Source: Stegostoma tigrinum
Lineage: Eukaryota
NCBI RefSeq assembly: GCF_030684315.1
Contig: NC_081370.1
Coordinates: 44,410,728-44,474,727, forward strand
Reading direction: 5' to 3'
DNA: 64,000 nt
Shown here: piece by piece, positions 23,162 to 35,015 of the stretch
Numbering within the stretch: position 1 is the first letter of the stretch
Layout of the letters: each line of letters begins with the position of its first letter
Notes under the pieces: model-generated
What the model saw: the letters and a program-made list of their open reading frames with translations, nothing else
Database searches by the model: none
Told to the model about the DNA's origin: nothing
Translations under genes and position numbers: made by a program

Positions 23162-26096
23162 AGAGCAAACAAGATTTAATAGGCAATATTTTGTATGCTT
23201 TTTTCCCACGATCACCAAATGCTGCAGGTGTCCTGTTCACAGCTGCACAGGTTCGCTTTTCCTGAAAATTACTCAACCTGTACATGAAAGATTTGACTGC
23301 GTCAGAACAAGTATTAAAGGAAACGAGAAAGGATGTTGCTTGTTCTTAAAATCTTAACCATAGAGAATGGTTGCAGTTATTTTCTGTGGAGGGGACTGAG
23401 GAGAGACTGCATTGAAATTAGTTAATTATAAGGGTGTGAGAGAAAGTGGACAGAAAAATTCTATTCACTTGACTGGACGATCTCTTGGCCATGAAGCATA
23501 GATTTAAAGCGGATGACCCCAGCTTCTCCATTCTTCCCATTTAACTTTTGTCCTTTGTTCTTTGTACTGTTTACTATCAAGGATTTTTAGTTTTGTACAG
23601 TGTGTCTCTTCATACGTAGTATATTGTGAATGGATCTGAAAAGGTTAATACTGAGGAGTTCCATAAGCACAATGCACCATAATGATGTCACACAGGTTTG
23701 TGGGGAGGACAACAAGCGAATTCATCACCAATAATGTGCCTTACTCCAACTATTTTGCATAACGTCACCATGGTTTGAGTAGTTTCAATATGCTACTATC
23801 TCAAAATGCAAACAAATAGAAACTTCACATTCTTTGACCTTGCATTGATTCTTACTGATTCTTATTGAGTGTGCCTAGATGACATTTTAGCCAACCTATT
23901 TCCCCATACTGTCAGAATGCAACTATTATCTAGCATTTAAATGAATCCTTGGCTAATATACTCATTACTGGACTAAAGTTTCTTATGACTAATACAGTTC
24001 CTTCAGACTGATCTTTAGCCATCATCTTCAGCCTACAAATTCTCTGCATCTCATATCGTTTCACAAATCTTCCACTTTGGGGCATTTATAACATTCGAGT
24101 CATACCTGAAGTAGCTCACCGGACTTTCCTGGGGTTCATTTACCTGTGATTACTGCTCCAATCCTGTTGTCTGTCGTATCCAGTGTCTGGATGATCTCAG
24201 AGGAAAATAAGAGTGGCAACCAGGAATTGGCCAACACGGCTGGTTCTTCTGTTAAACAGCATTTGTCAAGGTTCACATGAGCAATTGTGATCGGGGACTC
24301 TCCAGTTAGGGGCACATATAGAATGGTGTGTTGCCTTCCTGGTTGCAGGGTCAAGGACATTTCAGAATGCTTCTAGCAAGTTCTCAAAAGAGAACATGAA
24401 CAGCCAGAAGTCATTGGTACCAATGATATAAGTAAAGAAAGAGATGAGATCCTGCAGAGTGAATATAGGAAGTTAGGCAGGAGGTTAAAAAGCAAGGCCT
24501 CAAGAGTAGTAATCTTTGGGTTGCCTCTCGTGCCATGGGCTAGTGAGAATGGGAATAGGAAGATAGGGCAGATGAATGTGTGGCTGAGAAGATGGTGCAG
24601 TGAGCAGAGATTCAGAGTTTTGGATCACTGGGATCTCTTCTCAGGCAGAAGTACCTGTATGAAAGGGACACTTTGCACCTGAACGGAAGGGGAACCAAAA
24701 TCATGGCAGGCAGATTTGCTTGTTCTACTCAGGAGGCTTTACATTAGTATGGATGGCAGGGTGGGATCACAAGCAGTAGTGAGAAAAAAGTGAAGATTGA
24801 GGCTGATTCAGAAGTTAAATGGAGCAGGTTAAATACACAAGGGTCAGGCAAGAGCATGGCAGAGAACAAGATAAGACTGATGAACTAAACTGTACTCGTT
24901 TCAATGCATGAGGCATGACATGTAAGGCAGATGAAGTCAGGGCGTGGATGGGAACCTGGGACTGGGATATCACAGGTATTAACAGAAACATGGCTGAGGA
25001 AGCTGGCAGCTCAAAGTTCCGGGTCATAGATACTTTAGGAAAGATAGGAGAGGGAGTGTGATTTTTGATTAGAGAAAACATCACTGCTTTCTTAGACAGG
25101 ATATTCCTGGAGGAATCGCCCAGTGAAGGTATAATGGGTGGAACTTAAAAATAAGAAAGGGATGATCACCTTATTGGGATTGTACTCTCAGCCCCCAAAT
25201 AGTCAGCTGGAACTTGTGGAGCAAAAATATAGACAAATCTCAAATATATGTAAGAATAAAAGGGTTGTAAGTTAGGGGATTTTAAATTTCCAAACATTGA
25301 CTGGGACTGCAATAGTGTTAAGGGCTTGGATGGGCAGGATTTGATATGTGTGTTCAAGAAAATTTCCTTTTTCGATATGTAAATGTACTTAACTAGAGAA
25401 AGAATAAAACTCAATCTTCTCTTCGCAAATAAGGTAGGGCAAATGACTGAGGTGTTGGTGGAACAGCACTTTAAGACCAGCGACCATAAATCTAATAGTT
25501 ATAAAAATAGTTATAAATAGGCCAATTTTGACGGTATTGGACAGGAAGTTTCAACAGTTGATTGGGATAGGCCGTTCAGAGGGATGACTGGCAAATAGGA
25601 GGCTTTCAAGAGTAAGAGAACAAGAGCTCAGAAACAGTAAATTTCTCTTAGAGTAAAGGCAAGTCTGGTAGGAATAGGGAACACTGGATGAATAGAGATA
25701 ATAAAGCTCTGGTCAAGAAAAAGAAGAAGGAATATGTCATATATAGACAGCTGGGATCAAGTGAATCCTTTGGGGAATTTTGGGGAGTGGCAGCATAAGA
25801 GGAAAATCAGGACAGCAAAAAGGAGATATGAGTTAGCTTTGGCAGATAAAGTTAAGTAGAATCCAAAGAGATTCTGCAAGTATATTCAGGGAGAAAAAGC
25901 AACTAGGGAGAGAAGAGGACTTCTCATAGATCCACAAGGCTGACTATGTGTAGAAACACAGGAATGGGTGAGATGTGAACAAATATTTTGCATCAGTATT
26001 TATTATGGAGAAAGACATGGAAGCTAGGAAATTTGGGAAAATAAAAAGTGATGCCCTTAAAACGGTCCAAATTCCAGAAGAGGAGGTGCTGGAGGT

Positions 26097-26174
26097 CTTC
26101 ATCACGAAGGGTCTAGGCCTGAAACGTCAGCTTTTGTGCTGGGCCTGCTGTGTTCATCCAGCCTCACATTTTAT
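26097..26174 (+). mobile_element. PLE family A mini-insert replacing part of CR1 ORF2
   Basis: 'cttcatcacgaagggtctaggcctgaaacgtcagc...cacattttat' sits between CR1 EEVLEV and SLMSVVG. Confidence 0.88.
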
Positions 26175-26780
26175 AGTCTGATGTCAGTGGTGGGTAGGTT
26201 GTTGAACGGGATTCTGAGAGACAGGATTTACATGCATTTGGAGAGGCAATACCAATTAGAGGTGGTCAGCATGGCTTTGAGCATGGGAAATCTTGGCATA
26301 AACTTGATTGAATTTTTTTGAGGCTGTAACTAATAGAACAGATGACAGCAGAGTGGTAGATGTTGTCCATGTATACTTTAATAAGGCCTTCAACAAGGTT
26401 CTGCTTGATAGAACGTTTAGTAAAATTGGATTACATGAGATCTAGGGAGTGCCAGCCAATTGGATACAAAATTGGCTTCAAAGGAGACAAGGTGGTTGTG
26501 GAGGAACGTTTCTCGCAGGACTGAGACAAATGGCTTTCTGCAGGGTCTGGTGCTGATTCCACTGTTGCTTCTCATTTATATAAACAATTTGGATGAGAAT
26601 ATAGGAAGCATGGTTAGTAAGTTTGCAGATGACACCAAAATTGGATGGTGAAGAAAGTTATCTAAGAGAACAACAGGATCTTGATCAGCTGAGCCAATGG
26701 GCCGAGCGGTAGCAGATGGAGTTTAATTTAGGTAAATGCAAGGTGTTGCATTATGGTAAGACAAACCAGGACAGGACTTA

Positions 26781-27113
26781 TCATAGAATAGAATCATAGA
26801 ATCATAAAATCATAAATCCCTACAGTGTGGAAACAGGCCCTACAGACCAACAAGTCCACACCAAACATCACAGTATCCCACCCAGACCCATTCCCCTATA
26901 ACACACCTAATCTACACATTCTTGAACACTACGGGGAATTTAGCATTGCCAGCTCACCTAGCCTGCACATCTTTGGACTTTGGGAGGAAACTGGAGCACC
27001 TGGAAGAAACCCACGCAGATACGGGGAGAATGTGCAAACTCGACACAGACAGTCGCACAAGGGTGGAATCGAACCTGGGTCCCTGGCGCTGTGAGGCAGC
27101 TGTGCTAACCACT
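26781..27113 (-). mobile_element. HE1 SINE nested in CR1, TSD gactta
   Basis: (catagaat)n tail; gactta at 26775-26780 and 27114-27119. Confidence 0.9.
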
Positions 27114-28524
27114 GACTTACATAGTTAATGATCCAGTCTTGGGGGGGGTGTTGTTGAACAAAGACCTAGGGGTTCAGGCGCATAGTTTCTTGAAAGTGAT
27201 ATCTTGCCCTGGACTATAGGTAGTTGAGTTGTAGAATCATGTCAGACGTAGATAAGGTGACTAGCAAAAGGGTAGGGGAGTTCAAAGCTAGAAGGCATAG
27301 GTTTAGTGTGAGTGGGGAAAGATGTTTAAGGCACCTGACAGCAACATTTTCACACAGAGGGTGGTGTGTTTATGGGATGAATTGCCAAAGGAAGTGGTAG
27401 AGGTGGGTATATTTACAACATGTATAAGATCATTGGACAAGTACATAAATAGGAAGGGTTTACAGGGATATGGACCAAATATGGATCAGGCAAATGGGAC
27501 AAGTTTAGTTTGGGAAACCTGGTCGGCATGGATGAATTGTATCAAAGGACGTGTGTCTGTGCTGTGTGACTCTACAACTCTAGGACTCTATCTTGAAATG
27601 TTACGATCAATGAGCTCTCCATCCTTCATGACACCAGAGAATGTTACATTTGCAACATCTAGGCTGCTGGAAACAACTGCTTTCAAGGAATATTTTTAAG
27701 GTAGCAGATGGCTGCTCCGAAAGGGATCCTTCTGTGAAACAAACCCCAGTTAAGTCCAACGGTCCATCCAAATGTGACATCTTAGGACAATCCAGCAGTA
27801 CAAATGGAAGTACTGAACAATAAATCTTAGTAATTTCTTCAATTTTTATACAGAGTCCAGGATATGCTCCCCCATGGAATGACTATCCTTTCAAAATTGA
27901 TCAGCCTGTCTATTTCTTGTGGGCACCCAATAGCTCACCACTTTGGTAATGAAAATTAAAGCCTTCCTCAGTATCCAAAGAACCAGCATCCAGCTCACAG
28001 AATACTTCACTGTGAAATTTATCCTTGCATCCTCTTTGAGAGGGATGTAACCGTAGTCCACATCATGTCTACTTCGTTCTTCCACTGTTCAAAAAGAACA
28101 TGATGTGCAATCACCATCTAACAATTTTCACTTGTTTCCAGATATCCTTTGCACATGCTACTCATATTGTGATCTTCTGCCTTAACAAATTATCTTAAGT
28201 TTCAATCTTTGCCTTTCGGTGCCAGCCTCTGCTGCCCTATCAAACTCCAGCAGCCCATTGGAAAAGAATGGGAACAGAAATAAATCTTTATTCAGATTAG
28301 ATTTATTCACAAAGGGGAAAATTGCAAATGTATATGCACTTAATTTATGCAATAATCAATCTGCTAGAAGGTACTTCCTACAAGATAGTGCTCCCTCTGC
28401 ACTGCAATAGACACATCAGCCTGGATTTTATGTTCCTATCTCTGTGGTGGCATTCCAACTTACAGTTAATAGAACCAACCGTAGAGCAACAGCAAATATT
28501 AAAATTCTAAGAGTTGTGCTTTTA

Positions 28525-29034
28525 CAGTTGGTTATGCTATAACATGTGTTCTGGCAACACAAACTGGCTATAATGTGACTGATGAATAGGGGAATGCTAT
28601 ATCTAAAAAACAAACTTGTGTTGGTTATAACGTGATTCCATTGGTGCGTGGAGGAGTATGTGTTGACATCACATGATTGTTTCATGGTCTTTGTCCTGAG
28701 CATGTGCAATGTTCGCACCAAAAGAGTCTCCATGACGACATCACATGATCAACATGAAAAACACAGCAACCTCAAAGCCTCCTCCTCCAGCAAGTCATCT
28801 TGATGTTTTTTCAAGGTCAGGTATTAAATTTACTTGACTTCATTATTAGATATGAATAAATCATTTATTCAAACTGTGCTATCCTTTGTGTTAGGCTCGT
28901 AAGTGATTTTTGAGTGACTTTGAATGATTTTTTTGGTGATCTAACCCTAACCCTGCTTTTCCCACATGCCCCATTATTTCTGTAGCGCAATGTTGCGCAG
29001 GAACACAACTATCATGCAATAGTAGAACTGTCTG
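28525..29034. mobile_element. Old Tc1/mariner (Tigger-like) non-autonomous element
   Basis: TA-'cagttggttatgctataacatg' versus revcomp of right end 'cagacagttctactattgcatg' (15/22); internal 'ctataa' subrepeats. Confidence 0.55.
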
Positions 29035-30034
29035 CATTTCAATTTGTTCACTCCTGCAGGGTTTTTCCTATAAATAAATAGCCTACTCCACATTTGAGAC
29101 AGATTAAGCTATCTTTGCATGTGTCACAATTCACAACCCACTTACAGAACATTAACAAGATCACCATTGAATTCTAAATCTTACTTGATTAATTGAAGAA
29201 CTATTTAATCCACCATGAGATTAGAAGCATACTGTAAATGAAGGGTAATATAATGTACAGTAACTGATGAAAAGAGCCCTTGAGTATTAAATTCCAAGGA
29301 TCAGGTTTAAACACTGCGACTCAGCTTTAACAATGGTGCTACTTTGCTCTGATCTTCTGAAAGAGTTTCTTTTGAGGTCCTTGAGAAAAATCTTACTAAC
29401 TCTAGAGAGGCTAATGTATTGAGTTTCATGATGTGGGAACATTTTCTGAACCACACTCAAAACAGGACATTACATTGAGAAATTTTGAATCCTCAGAACA
29501 GGACAGTTTAAAATTTAACCACTTCCAGTTTTCCGCACTTTGCATAACATTTTATGCAGTATTTAGTCCCATATGTGCTGAAAAAAAGTAGATAAATCAC
29601 AAGATAATGTCATGCTTCAGTAGTAGGCTCCAACGAAATAGCATTCTCACCACTTACAATTGAAATTCCTTTGTGCAGGGAAAGATACAGAAGTGGCACT
29701 AATCATAGCATCATATCACTGGTAAAAGCATAAGCCCTCTTTTGAATCATAGAATTTTACAACAAAGCGATAGGTCTTTTGATTGATGTTTATGATCGAT
29801 GCAAGCTTCCTCACATCCTATTTATTCTAACCCCCATCAACGTACCCTTCTGTGTCTTTCTCCTTCAGCAGAATATCAGAAGATAAGAAATAACAGCAGG
29901 AGTACACTATGCAGCCCATTCAGCCTCCTCTGCCATTCGATTTGATGATGACCAATCTTCAGTTTCAGCCCCATCTTCTTGCCTACTCCGAATATGCTTT
30001 GACTCCCGGGGGAACAGAAAGGAAAACTGTCTTA

Positions 30035-30300
30035 TTTGAATTTTTGAAAATTTGAATTCATTAAAAATCTGGAATTAAGAATCTGACAATGGCCATGAAT
30101 CCATCGTTCATTGTCAGGGAAAATCCATCTGGCTCACTAATGTCCTTTAGGGAAGAAATCCGTCATCTTTACCCAGTCTGGTCTACATGTGACTCCAGAC
30201 CCACGCCAATGTTGTTTACTCTTAACTGAACTTTAGGCAACTGGGGTGGGCAACAAATGCTGGTTAGCCAGTGATGCTCTCATCCCATCAACAAATTTTT
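30035..30300 (+). mobile_element. SINE with L2/CR1-group tail
   Basis: 'ctcactaatgtcctttagggaagaaatc...tgtgactccagaccc...gggcaacaaatgctgg'; same family as 51780-52612 and 32460-32800. Confidence 0.8.
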
Positions 30301-30514
30301 TTAAAATTCCCTTTTACCTACCTTGATTCCTCTTAAATGAATGTATGCCATTCACCTTGACTGCTCCTCGTGTTAGCAAATTCCATATTCTCATCATTCG
30401 CTCAGCAAACAATCGGCGAGCAAGTCAACAATTTCACCCTTAACCTGAGCTACAAATCTTTGCTAAAACTTTATACATTTTTTCCTGAGCTCCTATTGAG
30501 CTTATTAATTAACT

Positions 30515-30612
30515 CTGTTTTGCTCTTCACATACACTGCCTGACCTGCTGAGTATTTCCAGCATTTTTAGTTTGTATTTTTTAGATTCCAGTATCTGCAG
30601 TATTTTGATTTT
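30515..30612 (+). mobile_element. Old PLE 3' end (family B-like)
   Basis: 'ctgcctgacctgctgagtatttccagcattttt...attccagtatctgcagtatttt'. Confidence 0.7.
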
Positions 30613-31411
30613 GAATACACTCCCTGCTTGTCATACACAGATTTGCTACCTACAGATTTATGTATTCACAAGGTTGGCCTCAACTCAATTTTGTATCAAA
30701 GTCAATAGGTCTGATGGACCATGCAGTCCTTCATGGCAGATAGCAGATCTTTGTTACAGTGCTCCCTGCATTTTGCGTTATCCACACAAGGTCTGTGTCC
30801 CTATCTCCTGCTGTTAACAAGGATTGGGTATTAATTCATAGTCTCTGTTCTGATCTCCTTCACATGTGGAAATTTTGGCAATATTAAACCCTTCCATAAT
30901 TTTAAAAGCCTCAATTTTAGAAGAATGTAATTTCTTTCCAATGAGATTATTCATTTATTCAAGTGACTTGAGAAGTTGATCATTAGCACTTATAAAATTC
31001 TTTTGCAGTCCAAAGTTTAAACAGTTAAACTGGCCACAGCTGGGACTGCAGAGGTTCTAGAGGATAGTGATATAGCCTGGACTTGGTACATTTGGGATCC
31101 TATAAGGACCAGAGCGTCTGACCCTATTATAGGGGCTTGGTACGTGAGAAAAGCTGGTGGTAGGAAGAAATGGAGGGAAGGTCGCAATGTAGGCCCATAC
31201 AGGAGGCATCCACTTGAGAATCCATCAGCCCATCCAATGAATCCAGCCAGACTGGACGCTTGGCACTAGTTTCCTACCGATTGTTAAGTAGGGGTGTCAT
31301 TTGTTGGTGGGGTGGGTCACCTGACAATCCCTCACTGCTAGTAAAATTATGGTGGTGTGGGGCAAAGTGGATGGATAGACATTGGCAAAAAAGGCTAAGA
31401 ACATGGCACCT

Positions 31412-31543
31412 TTTCTGATGAAGGGTCTAGGCCTGAAACATCAGTCTTTGTGCTCCTAAGATGCTGCTTGGCCTGCTGTGTTCATCCAGCTCCACACTTT
31501 GTTATCTCAGATTCTCCAGCATCTACAGTTCCCATTATCGCTG
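31412..31543 (+). mobile_element. ~130-bp PLE family A end starting at the hammerhead core, 15-bp TSD
   Basis: Begins 'tttctgatgaagggtctaggcctgaaac'; TSD aagaacatg[g/a]cacct at 31397-31411 and 31544-31558. Confidence 0.92.
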
Positions 31544-31559
31544 AAGAACATGACACCTA

Positions 31560-33660
31560 ATGTTATGATTCTTGCCAGTAAACTCTTCTGCACCCTCTCC
31601 AAAGCTTCCACATCCTTCCTATAGTGTGGCAACCATAACAGTGCACTGTACTTCAAATGTAACCTCACCAAAGTCTTCTGGATTTGCAAACATGACTTGC
31701 TAATATTTGTATTCCATGTCCTGACCAACGAAGACATGCTTACCGTGTGGCTTCTTTACCACCTATCCACATGTGTTGCCACTTTCAGGGAGCTATGGAC
31801 TTGGAACCCAAGATCCCTCCATATATCTTAAGAGTCTGGCCACTTACGGTGTACTTTTCTCTTGCATTTGACCTCCCAAAATGCATCACCATTAAACTCC
31901 ATCTGCCATTTCTCGGCCCAACTTTCTAGCTGATCTATATGCTGCAGCATCTTTTGATATCCTTCCTCATGATCCACAACTCCACCAATTTTCATGCAAT
32001 CTGCAAACTTTCTAATCAAACCACCAACATTTTCATTCAAATTGTTTATATATATTACAAACAACAGAGGTCCCAGCACTGATCCTTGTGGAAGATTACT
32101 GGCCACAAACCTTCATTCAGAAAAGTACCCCTCAACAACTACACCTTGACTTCTACAGCCAAGTCAATTTTGTATCCAATTTGCCAACTCACCATGAATT
32201 CTATGCAAGTTAATCTTCTGGGCCAGCCTACCATGAGGGACCTTGTCAAATGCATTAGTGAAGTCCATGTAGAGAATATCCACTGCCTGACCCTTATCAA
32301 CCACTTTAATTGCTTCCTCAAAAAAACTCAATCAAGTTTGTGATACAAGGCTTCCTCTGTACGAAGCCATGCTAACTATCCCTAATTTGTCCATTCTTCT
32401 CCAAATACAAGTAAATCCTGTCCGGTCCAATAATTTCCCTACCACTGATGAAAGACTTTTTTTTTAATACTCATTCACAAGATATGTGTGTTTCTGGCCA
32501 GGCCAGCATTTATTGCCCAGCTGCAATTGAATGTCAACTACATTGCTGTCGGTCTGGAGTCACGTGTAGGCCAGATGAGGCAAGCATGGCAGTTCCCTTT
32601 TCTAAAGGATATTCGTGATAGAGATGGATTTTTCCAGATAATTGACAATGTTTCATAGTCATCATTAGATTCCTAATTCCATATATTTTATTGAATTCAA
32701 ATCTTACCATCTGCCATGGTAGGATTCCAATCTAGGTCCCCTGAACACTACAAAAGTCTTTGGGTTAATAATCTAGCGATAATACCACCAGACCATCATG
32801 ACCCTTAAAGGCTCGCCAACTTATAATTTCCTCACAGTATCCCTGCTGCCCTTCTTGAACTAAGGAACAACACTCCCCTAGGATCTTGTCTGTGACTAAG
32901 AGGATACAAAAATATCTGTCAAGGCACTAGCAATCTCCTGCCTTGCTTCCCTCAGTATCCTGGGATAGATCCCATCAGCAGCTGCGGACTTACGTACCTT
33001 ATTGTTTTTCAAGATACCCAACACTACCTACTTTTTAATATTGTCATGCCTTAGAGTATCAATAAATCCCTCCCTAATCTTACCATCATTCATGTCTTTC
33101 ACCTTGGTGAATACTGATATGAAATACTCATTAAGGAACTAACCCACTTCTTATGGCTCCATACATAAATTCCCTTTTTTTTATCCTTGAGTGGACCTAC
33201 CCTTTCCTTTGTTACCCTCTTGTTTACAATATATGTATAAAATGCTTGGGATTCTCCTTAATCCTACTTCCCAAGGACATTTCATAGCCACTTCTAGCCC
33301 TCCTAGTTTCTTGTTTAAGTTCTCTTGTGCTTCCTTTATATTCGTCAATGGCCTTGATTGATTTCTGTTTCCTAAACCTTACATGTGCTTCCTTTTACTT
33401 CTTAACTCTATTTACAACATCTCTCATAGTCCAAGGCTCTCGAATCTTACTGTTCTTATCTTTCATTCTAGTAGGAACATGTTGGTCCTGAATTACAGTC
33501 AACTGGTTTTTAAAAGACCCCCAATCCAGTTTTTCCAGTTCTTTCCTAATGCTGTTGTAATTAGCCTTCTCTCAATTTACTATTTCCACCCGAGGACCAG
33601 TCTTACTCTTTTCCATAACGACCTTAAAGCTGATAGAATTATGATCACTCATATCAAATT
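31560..33660 (-). mobile_element. Decayed CR1 ORF2, interrupted by a SINE at ~32460-32800
   Basis: ORF 31828-32106 'PQGSVLGPLLFVIYINNL..KFADCMKIGG..WAEKWQMEFN'; 'MSDHNSISFK' near 33640. Confidence 0.9.
32460..32800 (-). mobile_element. SINE with L2/CR1-group tail
   Basis: T-run plus 'ggccagcatttattgccc', 'ggtctggagtcac', tRNA-like head near 32730-32790. Confidence 0.75.
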
Positions 33661-34394
33661 GAGAGAAAAATATGGCTGTGACTTTTTCACAACCTGCTTC
33701 CCACAAACATAGCCCTTCCAGGGAGGGGACGAATACAGAACAAACTCTACTGGCCATAACATGCCGACATAGCATTTTCTCACAAGTGGAAGATATCTGA
33801 TAGTTTACTGCTTAGCCATGTGAATTCGACTTCTGCACAACACATAAATAAATGAAACTGCCCTCATTGGAATAGCAGTGAAATATCTTTATGTTAGTTT
33901 GGTTTATAAAGCTTATATCTATTCAGTCACCTGCTGATTTGTAAGCATTGAAAGTCCCATGTGAAATATCAGGAATGAATAATTGAAATCATGGTTACAC
34001 TGACTGGACATTCCATGCACTCAGTTAAATCACAAGTGTTAATAAATGGAAGTCTATTTACTTCTTTCCTGGTATCAGTTTGATTTCTCAATGGAGGAAA
34101 AGAAACAAAAAATAGTACTAAAATTCCTGAACTAAAAGCAACTCCAGATATGCCATATAAACTGTTTGTGCCTGGCTTTGCTGTGAAATTGGTAGCATTC
34201 CCGAGGAATTATAGCAAATAGTTGAGGAGCAGGATTTTAGTTTCTGATGTTTATCAGAGCTGACTACATTTGCTCATTGTTGTAATGCAAATAAACCTGA
34301 GACAATATATTGCATGCTCACCAAGAATACTGCATATTACTAATGACTAGAGATATACTTTAAATAATCTTTCTGATTTCCATATTACAAAAAG

Positions 34395-35015
34395 GCTATA
34401 CAAGCACTGGTGAAGGTGAATAAAAGATGCCCAAGAATCTTCGCAAAACTGAGCATTTATAACCATAAGGAAAGACTGAATATGCTGGGGAGCTTTTCTC
34501 TAGTGAAGGGAAAGCATTGAGGGAATCTGGACAGATATCTTTCAAACAAAAAATAAAGAACTGGAGATATTGGAAATCAGAAACAGAAGTTCTGAAGAAG
34601 GGTCACTGGGCCCAAAACGTTAACTCTGCTTTCTCTCCAAAGGTGCTGCCGGACCTGTATTTTTCCAGCAATTTCTGTTTGTATTTCGGATCTTTCAAAT
34701 TATGAATTTGATAAGGAATATTTTATAAAGTTGCATCCTGCTGTGGGGAGACCAAAAGCATTAGTCTTAAATATAAGAGGTCACTAATAAATAGGATGGT
34801 AAGTTCACAAGAGAATGGTTAGCATGTGAAAGTTCCTACTGCTGGGAGTAGCCCTGGGTCCAGAGGACAGATGTATTTAAAGGAAAGCCAAGTAAATACA
34901 TGAAGAATAGAGGAATGAAAGGTATCACTATAGGGTTAGATGAAGCTGAATTGAGGCTGTTTGTTTTTAGGATGAACCCTGGCATGGACCTAGTTGGACT
35001 AAAAGGCCTGATTTT
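34395..35015 (+). mobile_element. CR1 3' fragment hosting a PLE hairpin
   Basis: 'ggctatacaagcactggtga', 'gaaagactgaatatgctgggg', tail 'ggactaaaaggcctg'. Confidence 0.7.
34547..34689. mobile_element. Hairpin PLE-end insertion (family B), 10-bp TSD
   Basis: Inverted tail 34547-~34586, plus arm 'agttctgaagaagggtcactgggcccaaaacgttaact'; atctttcaaa at 34537-34546 and 34690-34699. Confidence 0.85.

Larger units (their letters stand above)
24200..27580 (+). mobile_element. Long decayed CR1/HER1 LINE: ORF1 SGNH esterase, ORF2 APE-RT and 3' tail
   Basis: ORF1 motifs IVIGDSPVRG, CCLPG, IGTNDI, LHLN; ORF2 motifs YSAP, GDFKFPNIDW, NKYFASVF, SLMSVVG, VSKFADDTK; tail 'tctgtgctgtgtgactcta'. Confidence 0.92.

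Noticed and set aside
27600-28200. Coding-looking tract, possibly a transposase or processed pseudogene
   Set aside because: The frames I checked are interrupted and I could not identify any diagnostic motif
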